This document shows positions 1 to 9,710 of a stretch of DNA of 64,000 bases, one piece after another. Each line of letters opens with the position of its first letter. Position 1 is the first letter of the stretch. Source of the stretch: Candidatus Caldarchaeales archaeon (GTDB lineage: Archaea; Thermoproteota; Nitrososphaeria_A; Caldarchaeales; Wolframiiraptoraceae); contig JBCNVN010000002.1 of NCBI GenBank assembly GCA_039630055.1, forward strand, positions 64,001-128,000, written 5' to 3'. Both the position numbers and the translations under genes were made by a program. Below the pieces are notes generated by a model. The model made no database searches and was not told where the DNA came from. It saw only the letters and a program-made list of their open reading frames with translations.

Positions 1-150
1 AGGGCCATGATACTCTTCTTTACAGCTAGTGGAATAGATCCTTTTAGATCTTGTTGTGCAGCAGGATATCTAGCAGGATTTGTTGAAGAAAATGGATTGG
101 AAAGATTAGAAGAAGAGATAGATTCTAGAAAGACTAGACTACGTCTTTGA
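1..150 (+). CDS. 3' end of a gene truncated by the window edge, possibly ribokinase-fold/carbohydrate kinase-like
   Basis: Frame 1 is open from base 1 to TGA at 148-150: RAMILFFTASGIDPFRSCCAAGYLAGFVEE..., resembling the 'G.dpf.Aa.aa.yl.G' C-terminal helix of NnrD/ThiM-type kinases. Confidence 0.4.
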   Translation, partial: RAMILFFTASGIDPFRSCCAAGYLAGFVEENGLERLEEEIDSRKTRLRL

Positions 151-1006
151 ATCGATCAAATGTTTCAAGAATCTGTCTGTCTAATGGTTTATGGATTCTC
201 TTCTTTCTTCCTACATACGTGTAAGGTCCGACTTCCTTGAATGCTCTCTCACCCAATTCATCTCCCTCACCGACAGAATACTCTCCCCAAGAACTATAAT
301 GTCTAAACTTATCTATCTCTGTCCAGCTTAGATCGAATTCTCTTATCTCATCTGGATTGATGCAAACCACAACTCTATCCAATCTTCTATGAATAGATAA
401 TGGAGCGGTGAAAACCCTACCTAGATCTATCCTATTCTCTATCTTTACATAACTATAACCTGACATCATATTTAAAATGTATTCTGTCGTAGAGTATGCG
501 ATATCGAGTGGATGAATCTTTCGGTATAGTTCAGGGCTGAAAGCATTAGGATGTATATGTAGATGGGCTCCTCTTCCACTCCACTTAACTATTAAAGATT
601 TAGAAATCCCAAACCTGTCAAGAATACTAATCAATTCTTCTACGGCCTTAACGACCTGTCTATAATCATTTTTTAATGGATCTATATCCCATGTAGGGGT
701 GGAAGCAACAATATTTTCTCTATCATGAACATCTTCTTCAGATTCTAGATTTTCATAGATGTTTATTGAGGCATAGAATGTTCTGGGAGAGAATCTTTCA
801 AGAATCTTAAGTAGCTTCCGTAAATCTTCCTTTGAGACGATTTTAAGAGGCTTACCAGTTCCTGGAAAATATCTGAACATTAGCTGGACTCCATTTTTAT
901 CAAACTTGGAGCAGTGTACTCCTATCCATCTACCACTTGAGAAGCTCGAGATTTCACTTAAAACTTCTTCTTTCATATAATGTTTAAAGATTAGATCTTC
1001 GCTCAA
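134..1006 (-). CDS. Archaeo-eukaryotic primase (AEP) superfamily primase/polymerase-like protein
   Basis: Motif I TWDID, motif II KWSGRGAHLH, motif III RIDLGRVFTAPLSIH; TTG start overlaps the upstream stop. Confidence 0.8.
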   Translation of the reverse strand: MSEDLIFKHYMKEEVLSEISSFSSGRWIGVHCSKFDKNGVQLMFRYFPGTGKPLKIVSKEDLRKLLKILERFSPRTFYASINIYENLESEEDVHDRENIVASTPTWDIDPLKNDYRQVVKAVEELISILDRFGISKSLIVKWSGRGAHLHIHPNAFSPELYRKIHPLDIAYSTTEYILNMMSGYSYVKIENRIDLGRVFTAPLSIHRRLDRVVVCINPDEIREFDLSWTEIDKFRHYSSWGEYSVGEGDELGERAFKEVGPYTYVGRKKRIHKPLDRQILETFDRFKDVV

Positions 1007-1794
1007 GGGATCTCTCCTACACTCTTCTTCTTTGAATTAACGATCTTCCTGAATACATCTTTTGGAAGACTGAGATCTTCTCTCCTCATCTCAACAGGTC
1101 CCAAGATTACCAATCCTTTTCCTTGAATTATATCTATCTCATGGAGATATCTACTATGATTCGTCTGCCTCATCTTCTCTATCAAAACATACCTCTTCAA
1201 TTCTCCAGACCTGATACTTCTTCTAAATCTAATTATACCATCGGCTATATGCTCTATCCCCCACCCGAAAGCTTCCGCAGTAGTTATTGCATATTGACTA
1301 ACCGCGATAGTTGTAAAATTCCATTTCGATAATACTTTTTTTACATAGTATGAGTATCTTCTCGCCATTGCAGGTCTATCTAACCAGAAGGCACTTATCG
1401 AGTCTATCGCAACTCTAGCCCTACCATACCCTAATTCTTTCTTCGCTTCTATTATCTTACCTACGAGTGCTTCTACCTCCAAGCTCTGTAGACTCCATCT
1501 ATCCTCTCTACCCATTAAAGCATCGATTATGATAAGCTTCCCCTCTTCAACAGCTTTTTCAAAATCCATATTGAATTGGGAGGCTTGATTCATTACAGAT
1601 TCTCTACTCTCTTCTGTTGTTACGTATATAGACTTCTCACCATCGATCACTCCTTGATAGATAAAATGGATAGAAAATATCGTTTTACCGCATCCGGGCT
1701 CTCCGGCGACAGCCACGAAGAAGCCTTCAGGTATACCTCCCTCCATCAAATTATCTAAACCTTCAATTCCCGTCCCAAGCCTTTTGATCTCCAT
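1003..1794 (-). CDS. Single-domain KaiC-like RecA-superfamily ATPase (PAE1156-like family)
   Basis: TGIEGLD N-terminus, Walker A GEPGCGKT, Walker B IDS, EHIADGII, EKMR arginine finger. Confidence 0.9.
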   Translation of the reverse strand: MEIKRLGTGIEGLDNLMEGGIPEGFFVAVAGEPGCGKTIFSIHFIYQGVIDGEKSIYVTTEESRESVMNQASQFNMDFEKAVEEGKLIIIDALMGREDRWSLQSLEVEALVGKIIEAKKELGYGRARVAIDSISAFWLDRPAMARRYSYYVKKVLSKWNFTTIAVSQYAITTAEAFGWGIEHIADGIIRFRRSIRSGELKRYVLIEKMRQTNHSRYLHEIDIIQGKGLVILGPVEMRREDLSLPKDVFRKIVNSKKKSVGEIP

Positions 1795-1886
1795 TCCCTT
1801 CAGAAATTATAGATAATAATTAGACATAAATTTTCTGTACACGTTATGTTTACGTATTAATTCCTGAAAATTTTTTAAAACAGTAA

Positions 1887-2639
1887 TCATATTACCCCGA
1901 GACCTAGAAAGCTTAGTATACCTCTAATTACATGGTAGGATAAGTCTCCTAAGAAGAGGTAGTAGAGGAATCCTGACGTAATGAATATTAGGAGGGGTAT
2001 TCCAGGAGTAACCCATACATCATCTCTCTCGATATCTGCAAGTTCAAGAGAGAATAGATTGAACCTAAATCTTCTAATACCTTCAACTTCCTCCTCCATC
2101 ATAAACCAGAATTTTCTATTCTTAGCATTCTTCAACCTCACTCCTAAGACCACTGCAGCGAGCCTCCTCATCATAGATTCATGTTCAAATCCTTCAAAGA
2201 CCTTTCTTCCCCCAATTATCTGGATGATATTGTAGGCGAGCATCACGATTGGTATTATAAGTGAGAGAATTAATCCATTTGTTAGAGAGGCTAAGCCTGT
2301 AAATGGATGCAATCCTCTAGAAGACCAGTATAGAGGTATTCCAAGTGATATGATGAAGATTGCTTTTGCATCGGCTCCACCGTAAAGACCGAAGAAGTAA
2401 AATCCGAATGCTAATCCAGTAGACAATCCGATAGATAATAACGATAGTAGAAGCTTAGTCATACTCCAGTCTAATGCCAAGTCAACAATAGTTAGAGCCG
2501 TGACCAGCGATCCTGAAATTATCCATACACTATCACTTACTTCACGGTATCTCCAATCTAAGTAAGATGTATAGAATAGGGTGGCGGAGAGAATGGATAT
2601 TCTCGTTAGTAAGAGAATTTCTTGAATCAATCTAGTCAA
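1887..2639 (-). CDS. Prepilin/preflagellin peptidase, A24 family (FlaK/PibD-like)
   Basis: SYLDWRYREV and GGADAK catalytic aspartate motifs, VWVTPGIP C-terminal motif, multiple TM helices. Confidence 0.9.
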   Translation of the reverse strand: MTRLIQEILLLTRISILSATLFYTSYLDWRYREVSDSVWIISGSLVTALTIVDLALDWSMTKLLLSLLSIGLSTGLAFGFYFFGLYGGADAKAIFIISLGIPLYWSSRGLHPFTGLASLTNGLILSLIIPIVMLAYNIIQIIGGRKVFEGFEHESMMRRLAAVVLGVRLKNAKNRKFWFMMEEEVEGIRRFRFNLFSLELADIERDDVWVTPGIPLLIFITSGFLYYLFLGDLSYHVIRGILSFLGLGVI

Positions 2640-3513
2640 CCACTATATCGAAGTTTTTCATAATCTTTGGAATCTGATCTAATAGGTCCGAGGCTAATAT
2701 ATGTAGTCCATAAATGGTTGATGCCTCTTCACCTGCTCTTCCATTAAACCATGCACCTGCAGCAGCAGCTTCAAAAGGTTCAATCCCTTTAGCAAGTAGG
2801 CCGGCTACTATTCCAGCTAGTACATCACCTGTTCCTCCAACCGTCATAGCAGGTGAACCTGTCTTATTGATCGCCGTCCTCTCACCATTCGAGATCACGT
2901 CTATCTTCCCCTTGAGTAAGACTGTGACCTTATACTCCTGAGCTTTCTCTTTCACTTTAGCTATCCTCTCAGATAGTTCTCCAGCTAACTCTACCCCGAA
3001 CATTCTCTTGAATTCTCCTGCATGAGGTGTTACGACTATCTTTCTATTGATGATTTTTGGAAGTATATCTGGGTAGAGTGCTGTCGCATCTAAGACAATT
3101 TTCTTGTCTAGTGCTAGTGCTTCTTGAATAATATATTCTATACCTTTGCTGCTTCCTTCAGCTAATCCAGGTCCGATTACTATAGAATCTACTGTTGACA
3201 AGATCTTCATAATCCTTCTCGAGGCCCCCCTAGTTAACTTTACGTCAGTTAATGGTATAACTATGATGTTTGGTGAGAGCGCTCTGATAGATATAGCAGT
3301 CTTTTCAGGTGTTGCTATGTATGCTAAGTCTACTCCAGACCTGAGAGCGGCCATAGCGGAGAGGAATGGTGCACCATGATATAGCCAGCTACCTCCAACT
3401 ACCAGTACTACACCATTCTGACCTTTATGTGATGAAGATCTCCTAGGCTTAATAACCTTCCTAACAAATTCTTCATCAACTTCGATAACGTCCATTAATA
3501 CATCATAGATCAT
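2632..3513 (-). CDS. nnrD: ADP-dependent NAD(P)H-hydrate dehydratase
   Basis: SHKGQNG, GGS..YHGAP, IGPGL, TPHAGEF, GGTGDVLAG. Confidence 0.93.
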   Translation of the reverse strand: MIYDVLMDVIEVDEEFVRKVIKPRRSSSHKGQNGVVLVVGGSWLYHGAPFLSAMAALRSGVDLAYIATPEKTAISIRALSPNIIVIPLTDVKLTRGASRRIMKILSTVDSIVIGPGLAEGSSKGIEYIIQEALALDKKIVLDATALYPDILPKIINRKIVVTPHAGEFKRMFGVELAGELSERIAKVKEKAQEYKVTVLLKGKIDVISNGERTAINKTGSPAMTVGGTGDVLAGIVAGLLAKGIEPFEAAAAGAWFNGRAGEEASTIYGLHILASDLLDQIPKIMKNFDIVVD

Positions 3514-3563
3514 GTATTGTCTCGAATATATAAACTGACGATATTATTCATAAAAAGTATCGT

Positions 3564-3977
3564 CTAAGTCTTCTCTAAAGTTAATGCGATTATTCCTGAA
3601 GCTAGCCCGATGGCTGATGCTATTATGAGAATACCGCCACCTAGAAGGCTCAGTGCAGAGAATACAAGGATTATAGTTCCCCATAACTGTATATTAGTAG
3701 GGTTTCTGTAAGCCATATATCCAGCTACAAGAATAATTACTCCAGAAACGAGAGTAAATGTTATGAAGGGTATAGAGAGGCTCCAGTTAAACCAGTCCAT
3801 CATCCATGCACACATAGGACATATTCTTGGTCTAAACATCGGCTGACGCCAGCCTATAAACGGTATGAAAGACCACATAAGCAAGATATAGGTACTTATA
3901 ACAATCATCAATAACCCAGATACTAGTGCTAGGATAAAAACTGCTGAAGGCTTTCCAGAAGAATCCAACTTACTCAT
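3564..3977 (-). CDS. Hypothetical membrane protein (about 4 TM helices)
   Basis: Hydrophobic helices, CPMC in a loop, Gly-rich C-terminal helices. Confidence 0.75.
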   Translation of the reverse strand: MSKLDSSGKPSAVFILALVSGLLMIVISTYILLMWSFIPFIGWRQPMFRPRICPMCAWMMDWFNWSLSIPFITFTLVSGVIILVAGYMAYRNPTNIQLWGTIILVFSALSLLGGGILIIASAIGLASGIIALTLEKT

Positions 3978-4092
3978 ATCCTCTAAAGGACTGTATATTT
4001 AATTCTTAATAAATAAATCTTTATTACTATTACAATGATCTTAAACTATTGTAAGAAGATGTTTAAAAATAAATAGGTGTAGAGGTAGTTAT

Positions 4093-4416
4093 CTACTTTT
4101 TCTTGCTGGGTGCTGATGATGTTGTAGGAGTTGGCGGCGTTAAGACGATCTCGATAGTGCTGACGTTCCTAGGTCTTCCATCGTTTCCAACTCTTCCTTC
4201 TTCAGTCCCTATCTTAACATTCTCGACCTTTGCTTCTTGGATAAACCTTCTCCTCACAACCTCGACGACATCTACTGCTTTACTTATTGCTCTCCCTCGT
4301 GCCTTCAATACTACTTTTCTTCCCTCAGTTAATGGTAGAGTCGTTGCCAAGACATAGTTCATCGTCGGCTTCTTTCCCACCAAGATTATAGCTTCACCTG
4401 ATGCACCTATACTCAT
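4093..4416 (-). CDS. albA: Chromatin protein Alba
   Basis: VGKKP.MNYVLA, KARGRAISKAVDV, RNVSTIEI. Confidence 0.95.
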   Translation of the reverse strand: MSIGASGEAIILVGKKPTMNYVLATTLPLTEGRKVVLKARGRAISKAVDVVEVVRRRFIQEAKVENVKIGTEEGRVGNDGRPRNVSTIEIVLTPPTPTTSSAPSKKK

Positions 4417-4561
4417 CTATGTCCACCTCTAATATACATGATTTAAAGGGATCAAGTTCTTTAAAGACTTTTATCTCCACAAATAGAGTCCATGAGTTAG
4501 AGTAAAATTGTTTGGCTGGTTTTCACGTATTTAACTTTTCCTCAAATCCTAAACCAGAAAA

Positions 4562-4951
4562 CTAGACTTCCCTGTTCTCATCTAGCGAGAAGGGTCTTCC
4601 CTCGTATAATATCTTACTCGGTATGTTTTTCCTCCATCTATCTAGGAAAGATATATCTTCTTTTTTATTCCTTAGTTCATCTGGAAGCATTCTAGGTATC
4701 TCCTCATCTATCGGATACCATCTCCCACAATTACTGCAGAAGATTACTCCTTCTCGAATCTCCCGACTATAGCATTTTGAACACTCTGTTCTTACATCGT
4801 CAGATATTGTAAGGTTATGATAGGCACAGTATAGCTCACATCTTATTATTCTCTGGGGAGGAGTTATCTCATATTCTGTAAATACGATCAGTCTTAGTGG
4901 GAATGTTTTACAGATTGGGCAAGCGAGAAGATCCATCAATCTATACTTCAT
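4562..4951 (-). CDS. trm112: Trm112-like methyltransferase activator
   Basis: MKYRLMDLLACPICK...CSNCGRWYPIDEEIPRMLPDELR. Confidence 0.9.
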   Translation of the reverse strand: MKYRLMDLLACPICKTFPLRLIVFTEYEITPPQRIIRCELYCAYHNLTISDDVRTECSKCYSREIREGVIFCSNCGRWYPIDEEIPRMLPDELRNKKEDISFLDRWRKNIPSKILYEGRPFSLDENREV

Positions 4952-5042
4952 TCCTTCTATCTAGATATTATGAATAAGCCTAATAATATAGGCTTTTCTT
5001 CAAGATAATTTTTATCCTGGTTTATTCTCTAGATACAAGGAC

Positions 5043-5906
5043 TTGGAAACTCCTAGAATCTTAAACTTGATCAACTATTTACCAGTCTTTCTAACCATTT
5101 CTATGACATGGTTTTTCTCGAGCATATTGATATCCACAGATATTAGACCTGAGAGACCTATAGTTACCCCGCTGGAAGAGCCTGAGCCAACGGCTCCACC
5201 AGCTGAAGCATTATCAAGCCCAGCCCCATACCTAAATACTCTAATATTCATAATGGTCTTAACGGTTTCTGGAATCGTTCTACTTTATTTTGCAAGAAAG
5301 AAACCTAAATTTTTCAAGATCTTGGTAACCTTCTTCATATGGATAATATCTTTTGGTGTGACAGCTCTATATACACTAATCGCTACACTATTCTTACAGT
5401 TATATTCATCCTATCTACTGTTAGCTTCTTCTCTAGCTGTAGCTACTTTGGTAACATATTCAATAGTTAGGGGTGGCGAATTGAAGGCCTCTACTGCTTC
5501 AGCATATATTGCTTCTGGAGCTGGAGCCGTGATAGGTATAAGTATACCATACTGGACATTTCTAATACTAATTATAGGGATCTCGATATATGATATAATC
5601 GCAGTCTTTAAAGGACATCTATCATCTATAACTAAGATGGATGCACCAGCTCTAAAAGGACTCGTAGTTGAGATTGGAGATATAGCATTAGGTTTAGGAG
5701 ACCTTTTCTTCTACTCATTGACAATCTCAGCAATATACTTAAACCATGGAATAATCTCAGCGATAGCATCAACGATAAGCATAATCGTTGGATATATGAT
5801 AGTATTGTATGCACTGAGTAAGAGAAGACAGCTACCAGGATTACCAATCCCACTTCTGCTAACGCTAACATCAACATTTATTTTATCAATCTTATCGAGA
5901 CAATAA
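5043..5906 (+). CDS. Presenilin/signal peptide peptidase family intramembrane aspartyl protease
   Basis: YD (SIYDIIAV), GLGD and PAL-like PGLP motifs; about 9 TM helices. Confidence 0.9.
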   Translation: METPRILNLINYLPVFLTISMTWFFSSILISTDIRPERPIVTPLEEPEPTAPPAEALSSPAPYLNTLIFIMVLTVSGIVLLYFARKKPKFFKILVTFFIWIISFGVTALYTLIATLFLQLYSSYLLLASSLAVATLVTYSIVRGGELKASTASAYIASGAGAVIGISIPYWTFLILIIGISIYDIIAVFKGHLSSITKMDAPALKGLVVEIGDIALGLGDLFFYSLTISAIYLNHGIISAIASTISIIVGYMIVLYALSKRRQLPGLPIPLLLTLTSTFILSILSRQ

Positions 5907-5997
5907 GCTAACTCAAAATCTATAAATCTAATGATTATCAGCTAGATTACTAGAAAAACAAATATACTTGAATTTGTAAGAATATTCTGATAAGAAA

Positions 5998-8595
5998 ATG
6001 ATTAGATGGTCTATTTTAATAGGAATGTGCCTTACATTGATGCTTCTACTAATACCGATAGTTACAGCGATAACAGATCAAGGTGCAATAAGTGAGTATA
6101 CTCCACCCCATACAAGACCTGGGCCTGCCTCCGAAACAATAATATTCAGATCCGTCAGCTTAGATCTTGCACCAGCTGCATTAGAAGCAGGAGAAATAGA
6201 TGCATATCTTTTTGGTTTAAGATCAACTGTTGCCGCTGAGCTTGTAGGAAAACCTACGATTACATTAATTAATGCACCATCAGGTTTATATAGCGTTGTT
6301 TTAAACCCTGCACCCGCTCCAGAAGGACGGCTGAACCCTCTATCAATACCCGAAGTGAGAATTGCATTACAGTATATAGTTAATCGAGATTATATCAGCA
6401 AAGAGATTTTCAGAGGATTTGCATCACCTATGGTAACATTTCTAAGCGCATACGATCCAGACTATATAACTATATTCGATATTATTAAGAAGTATGAATT
6501 CAGATATGATCCAGAATATGCGAAAAAGCTAGTTACAGATGCTATGACTAAGGCTGGAGCCGTTCTGAAAGAAGGCAAATGGCATTATAAAGATGAGCCT
6601 ATAACATTAAAATTCATAATAAGAATTGAAGATGAGAGGAGACAGATTGGTGACTCGATAGCTACAGACCTTGAGAGACTAGGATTCCAAGTAGAGAGAC
6701 TATATCATCCATTTGGAGTAGCAATAGAAAAAGTATATCTTACTGATCCGAGAAATTTTGAATGGCATCTCTACACTGAGGGATGGGGTAAAGGTGCACC
6801 TGAAAAATACGATTCTTCAACTATAAACCAGATGTGTGCTCCATGGTTTGGATATATGCCTGGATGGCAAGACCCAGCTTACTGGAATTACGTAAACGAT
6901 GAACTTGATGAACTTGGTAAGAAGATATCTCTTGCAGAATTCCAAGATCTGGAAACAAGAAATAAACTATATAGAGAAGCGACTGAGATTTGTATTAAAG
7001 AATCTATCAGATTATGGGTTGCAACTAGATTAGATGCCTATGGTCTTAACCCAAACATGAAAGGTATTACAAATGATGTTGGAACAGGTCTAAGAGGTAC
7101 TTGGAATCCGAGAGAGGTTTGGATGCCTGGGAAAGATACTTTGGTGTTTGGTCATCTATGGGTTTGGACTGAGACTACGACTTGGAACTGGGTTGGAGGC
7201 TTCCAAGATGTTTACAGCGTCGATATTAGGAAAGCTATACATGATTCACCTGTATATAGACATCCATTCATGGGGCCACCGATACCATTTAGAGCGAGCT
7301 ATAAAGTTGAGACAGCTGGACCTTTCGGAAAATTAACTGTACCAGAGGGAACATATATATGGGATGCTAAAGAAGATAAGTGGGTTTCGGTAGCAGGCAG
7401 GGAGGCAACGAGCAAGGTAACATGGGATCTAAGCAAATACTTAAAGTCTAAGTGGCATCATGGTCAACCAATAAGAATGAGCGACATATTGTACTTCATA
7501 GCATCTATGATTGAGAACACTTATGATGAAGAGAAATCCGCTATCGAGAGCGCTATCGCTGAGACCGTTAAGGTAACTCTAGATAAATTCGTTGGATTAA
7601 GGATAGTTGATGAAAACACTGTAGAAACTTATGTTAACTATTGGCACTTCGATTCAAACTACATAGCAGAGTTCGCATCGCCCTTAGCAATCGATTACGC
7701 CATGTTTTACAGTGAGACACCTCCATGGGAGCTTATGGCCGCTATGAATGAGCTCGTATTCGTTAAGAAGCAGGCTGCCTATGGTCAGACAACTGCTGAG
7801 AAACTTGGAATACCATGGCTCTCAGTAGTCCTAGAAGATCATGCAGAGATGGTAAAGAATGTGTTGGAAGAGTTTACTGCAAAAGGATTCTTCCCAGAGA
7901 ACTACTTCAAGCTCGATGATAAAGTATACTCATCTAGAGATGAGGCATTAGCCAGATACCGTGCAGCGATCTCATGGTTTAATGAACATAGGCATATGCA
8001 GATAAGTAATGGCCCATTCTATCTAAATAAGTTCGATTCTGCTGCACAGTATGCTGAGCTAAAAGCCTTTAGAGATCCAACTTATCCATTCAAGCCTGGA
8101 GATTGGTACTTTGGAATACCTGAAATAGTAGAGATAATGGATATCAAAGTAAGAGATGTAATTGCAGGTGATGAAGTAGTATTCACAGTAGACATATCGG
8201 GACCTGGAACACTTGGTGTCAAGTATCTCATAGTTAATCCAGCTACAGGTGAGATACTGGCCACAGGTGAAGCTAGGAAAGTTACCCCTACAAGATTTGA
8301 GATAGAGCTGTCTAAAGGATTTACATGGGAGGCTGGTGATGGAACATATAACTTAGTAATAGGTGGATATAGTGATCAGGTAGCATTTGTAGGAGAAGGT
8401 GTTGAGAGCTTTAAGATCTTAGAACGTAAAGTGGAGGTAGAGAGAACTGTATACTTGACGCAGACAGTAACTACCACAGTAACTACTACAGTAACGACGA
8501 TCTCTGTAGAGGCCGTAGGAATATTCGCCATCATATTAATAATAGCAGTAGCTTTAACATTTATTATCTCAACAAGGTTGAAGAAGATAAAATAG
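5998..8595 (+). CDS. ABC transporter substrate-binding protein, family 5 (peptide), with Thr-rich linker and C-terminal TM anchor
   Basis: Signal peptide, NP...VRIALQY..NRD family-5 motif, TTTV repeats, C-terminal TM; first gene of a dpp-like operon. Confidence 0.9.
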   Translation: MIRWSILIGMCLTLMLLLIPIVTAITDQGAISEYTPPHTRPGPASETIIFRSVSLDLAPAALEAGEIDAYLFGLRSTVAAELVGKPTITLINAPSGLYSVVLNPAPAPEGRLNPLSIPEVRIALQYIVNRDYISKEIFRGFASPMVTFLSAYDPDYITIFDIIKKYEFRYDPEYAKKLVTDAMTKAGAVLKEGKWHYKDEPITLKFIIRIEDERRQIGDSIATDLERLGFQVERLYHPFGVAIEKVYLTDPRNFEWHLYTEGWGKGAPEKYDSSTINQMCAPWFGYMPGWQDPAYWNYVNDELDELGKKISLAEFQDLETRNKLYREATEICIKESIRLWVATRLDAYGLNPNMKGITNDVGTGLRGTWNPREVWMPGKDTLVFGHLWVWTETTTWNWVGGFQDVYSVDIRKAIHDSPVYRHPFMGPPIPFRASYKVETAGPFGKLTVPEGTYIWDAKEDKWVSVAGREATSKVTWDLSKYLKSKWHHGQPIRMSDILYFIASMIENTYDEEKSAIESAIAETVKVTLDKFVGLRIVDENTVETYVNYWHFDSNYIAEFASPLAIDYAMFYSETPPWELMAAMNELVFVKKQAAYGQTTAEKLGIPWLSVVLEDHAEMVKNVLEEFTAKGFFPENYFKLDDKVYSSRDEALARYRAAISWFNEHRHMQISNGPFYLNKFDSAAQYAELKAFRDPTYPFKPGDWYFGIPEIVEIMDIKVRDVIAGDEVVFTVDISGPGTLGVKYLIVNPATGEILATGEARKVTPTRFEIELSKGFTWEAGDGTYNLVIGGYSDQVAFVGEGVESFKILERKVEVERTVYLTQTVTTTVTTTVTTISVEAVGIFAIILIIAVALTFIISTRLKKIK

Positions 8596-8601
8596 AACAT
8601 T

Positions 8602-8621
8602 CTCTTAATTTTTTAATTTTT
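8602..8621 (+). terminator. Putative oligo-T terminator/attenuator after the binding-protein gene
   Basis: CTCTTAATTTTTTAATTTTT immediately after the stop codon. Confidence 0.45.
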
Positions 8622-8663
8622 GAATGCTTATAAGATGGTGTCTAAAAAACTCGATAGGTTAAG

Positions 8664-9710
8664 ATGGGTCTAGCTAGAACGCTCTTATTTAGAGCTTTTA
8701 CCTTAACTTTAGTCTTAGTACTCGTCGTATTTTTTATGGTTATAATTTTAGGAGCTACGGGTACATCTGATAAGATTCTACAAGCTATGGTAAATGAAGA
8801 AGTCATGATGTTGAGGCAAACTCTCTCTAAAACTATTAAAGACCCTGAAGAACTTGATCGAGTACTGGCTATAAGAAAACAAGAATTCATGGAGTTTTAT
8901 GGTTTAACTAAGCCTTGGTATGTCCGCTTACCAGATATGGCCTCGAGAATTATATTTTTAGATCTTGGTAAAGCGAGGACTTTAAAGACTTTCACAGGAG
9001 GAAATAAAGTTTCAGACATAATCATGGAAAGATTACCAAATACTATTATACTAGTAACCTCGGCTACAGTTATCAGTGCGTTAATAGGATTAGTTCTAGG
9101 CGTAAAGATAGCGACGAGGGTTGGCGGAATACTAGATAGAGTCTCGTCATATTTCTCTGCAATCTCCTATGCTATTCCAACATGGTGGATAGGGATAATA
9201 CTCATACTATTATTCTCGTTCCTACTTCGATTATTCCCATTTGGTGGACTCTACAGTATTCCACCACCAACAGATCCTCTCCTAAGATCTTTAGACATGT
9301 TATGGCACGCGGTTCTACCAGTAACTACCTTAGTGATAGTTCTTGTAGGAGTATGGATATACACTACTAGGACAATCGTACTCAATACAGCTCAAGAAGA
9401 TTTTGTTAATGCGGCTAGAGCTAGAGGAATTCCTGAAGAACTAGTTAGGAGGAGATATATTATCAGAGTTGCAGCTCCACCCATCTTAACAAATGTTATC
9501 TTGGGTTTAGCTACTTCTATATCTGGAGCGATCTTAACCGAGACCGTCTTTAGCTGGCCTGGAATTGGAAGACTTTTTTATGATGCCGTACTAGTGATGG
9601 ATGAAGTAGTTATAATAGCATTAACATATATTTTTACCCTAGTCTACGTTATTGCAAGATTCATTTTAGAAGTCTTATATGTCATACTAGACCCGAGGGT
9701 GAGATATTAA
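8664..9710 (+). CDS. dppB: Peptide ABC transporter permease (DppB/OppB-like)
   Basis: ERLPNT, EAA-like AARARGI, TETVFSWPGIG. Confidence 0.93.
   Translation: MGLARTLLFRAFTLTLVLVLVVFFMVIILGATGTSDKILQAMVNEEVMMLRQTLSKTIKDPEELDRVLAIRKQEFMEFYGLTKPWYVRLPDMASRIIFLDLGKARTLKTFTGGNKVSDIIMERLPNTIILVTSATVISALIGLVLGVKIATRVGGILDRVSSYFSAISYAIPTWWIGIILILLFSFLLRLFPFGGLYSIPPPTDPLLRSLDMLWHAVLPVTTLVIVLVGVWIYTTRTIVLNTAQEDFVNAARARGIPEELVRRRYIIRVAAPPILTNVILGLATSISGAILTETVFSWPGIGRLFYDAVLVMDEVVIIALTYIFTLVYVIARFILEVLYVILDPRVRY

Noticed and set aside
8464-8499. 12-nt tandem repeat (ACAGTAACTAC.)
   Set aside because: It simply encodes the Thr/Val linker of the binding protein.
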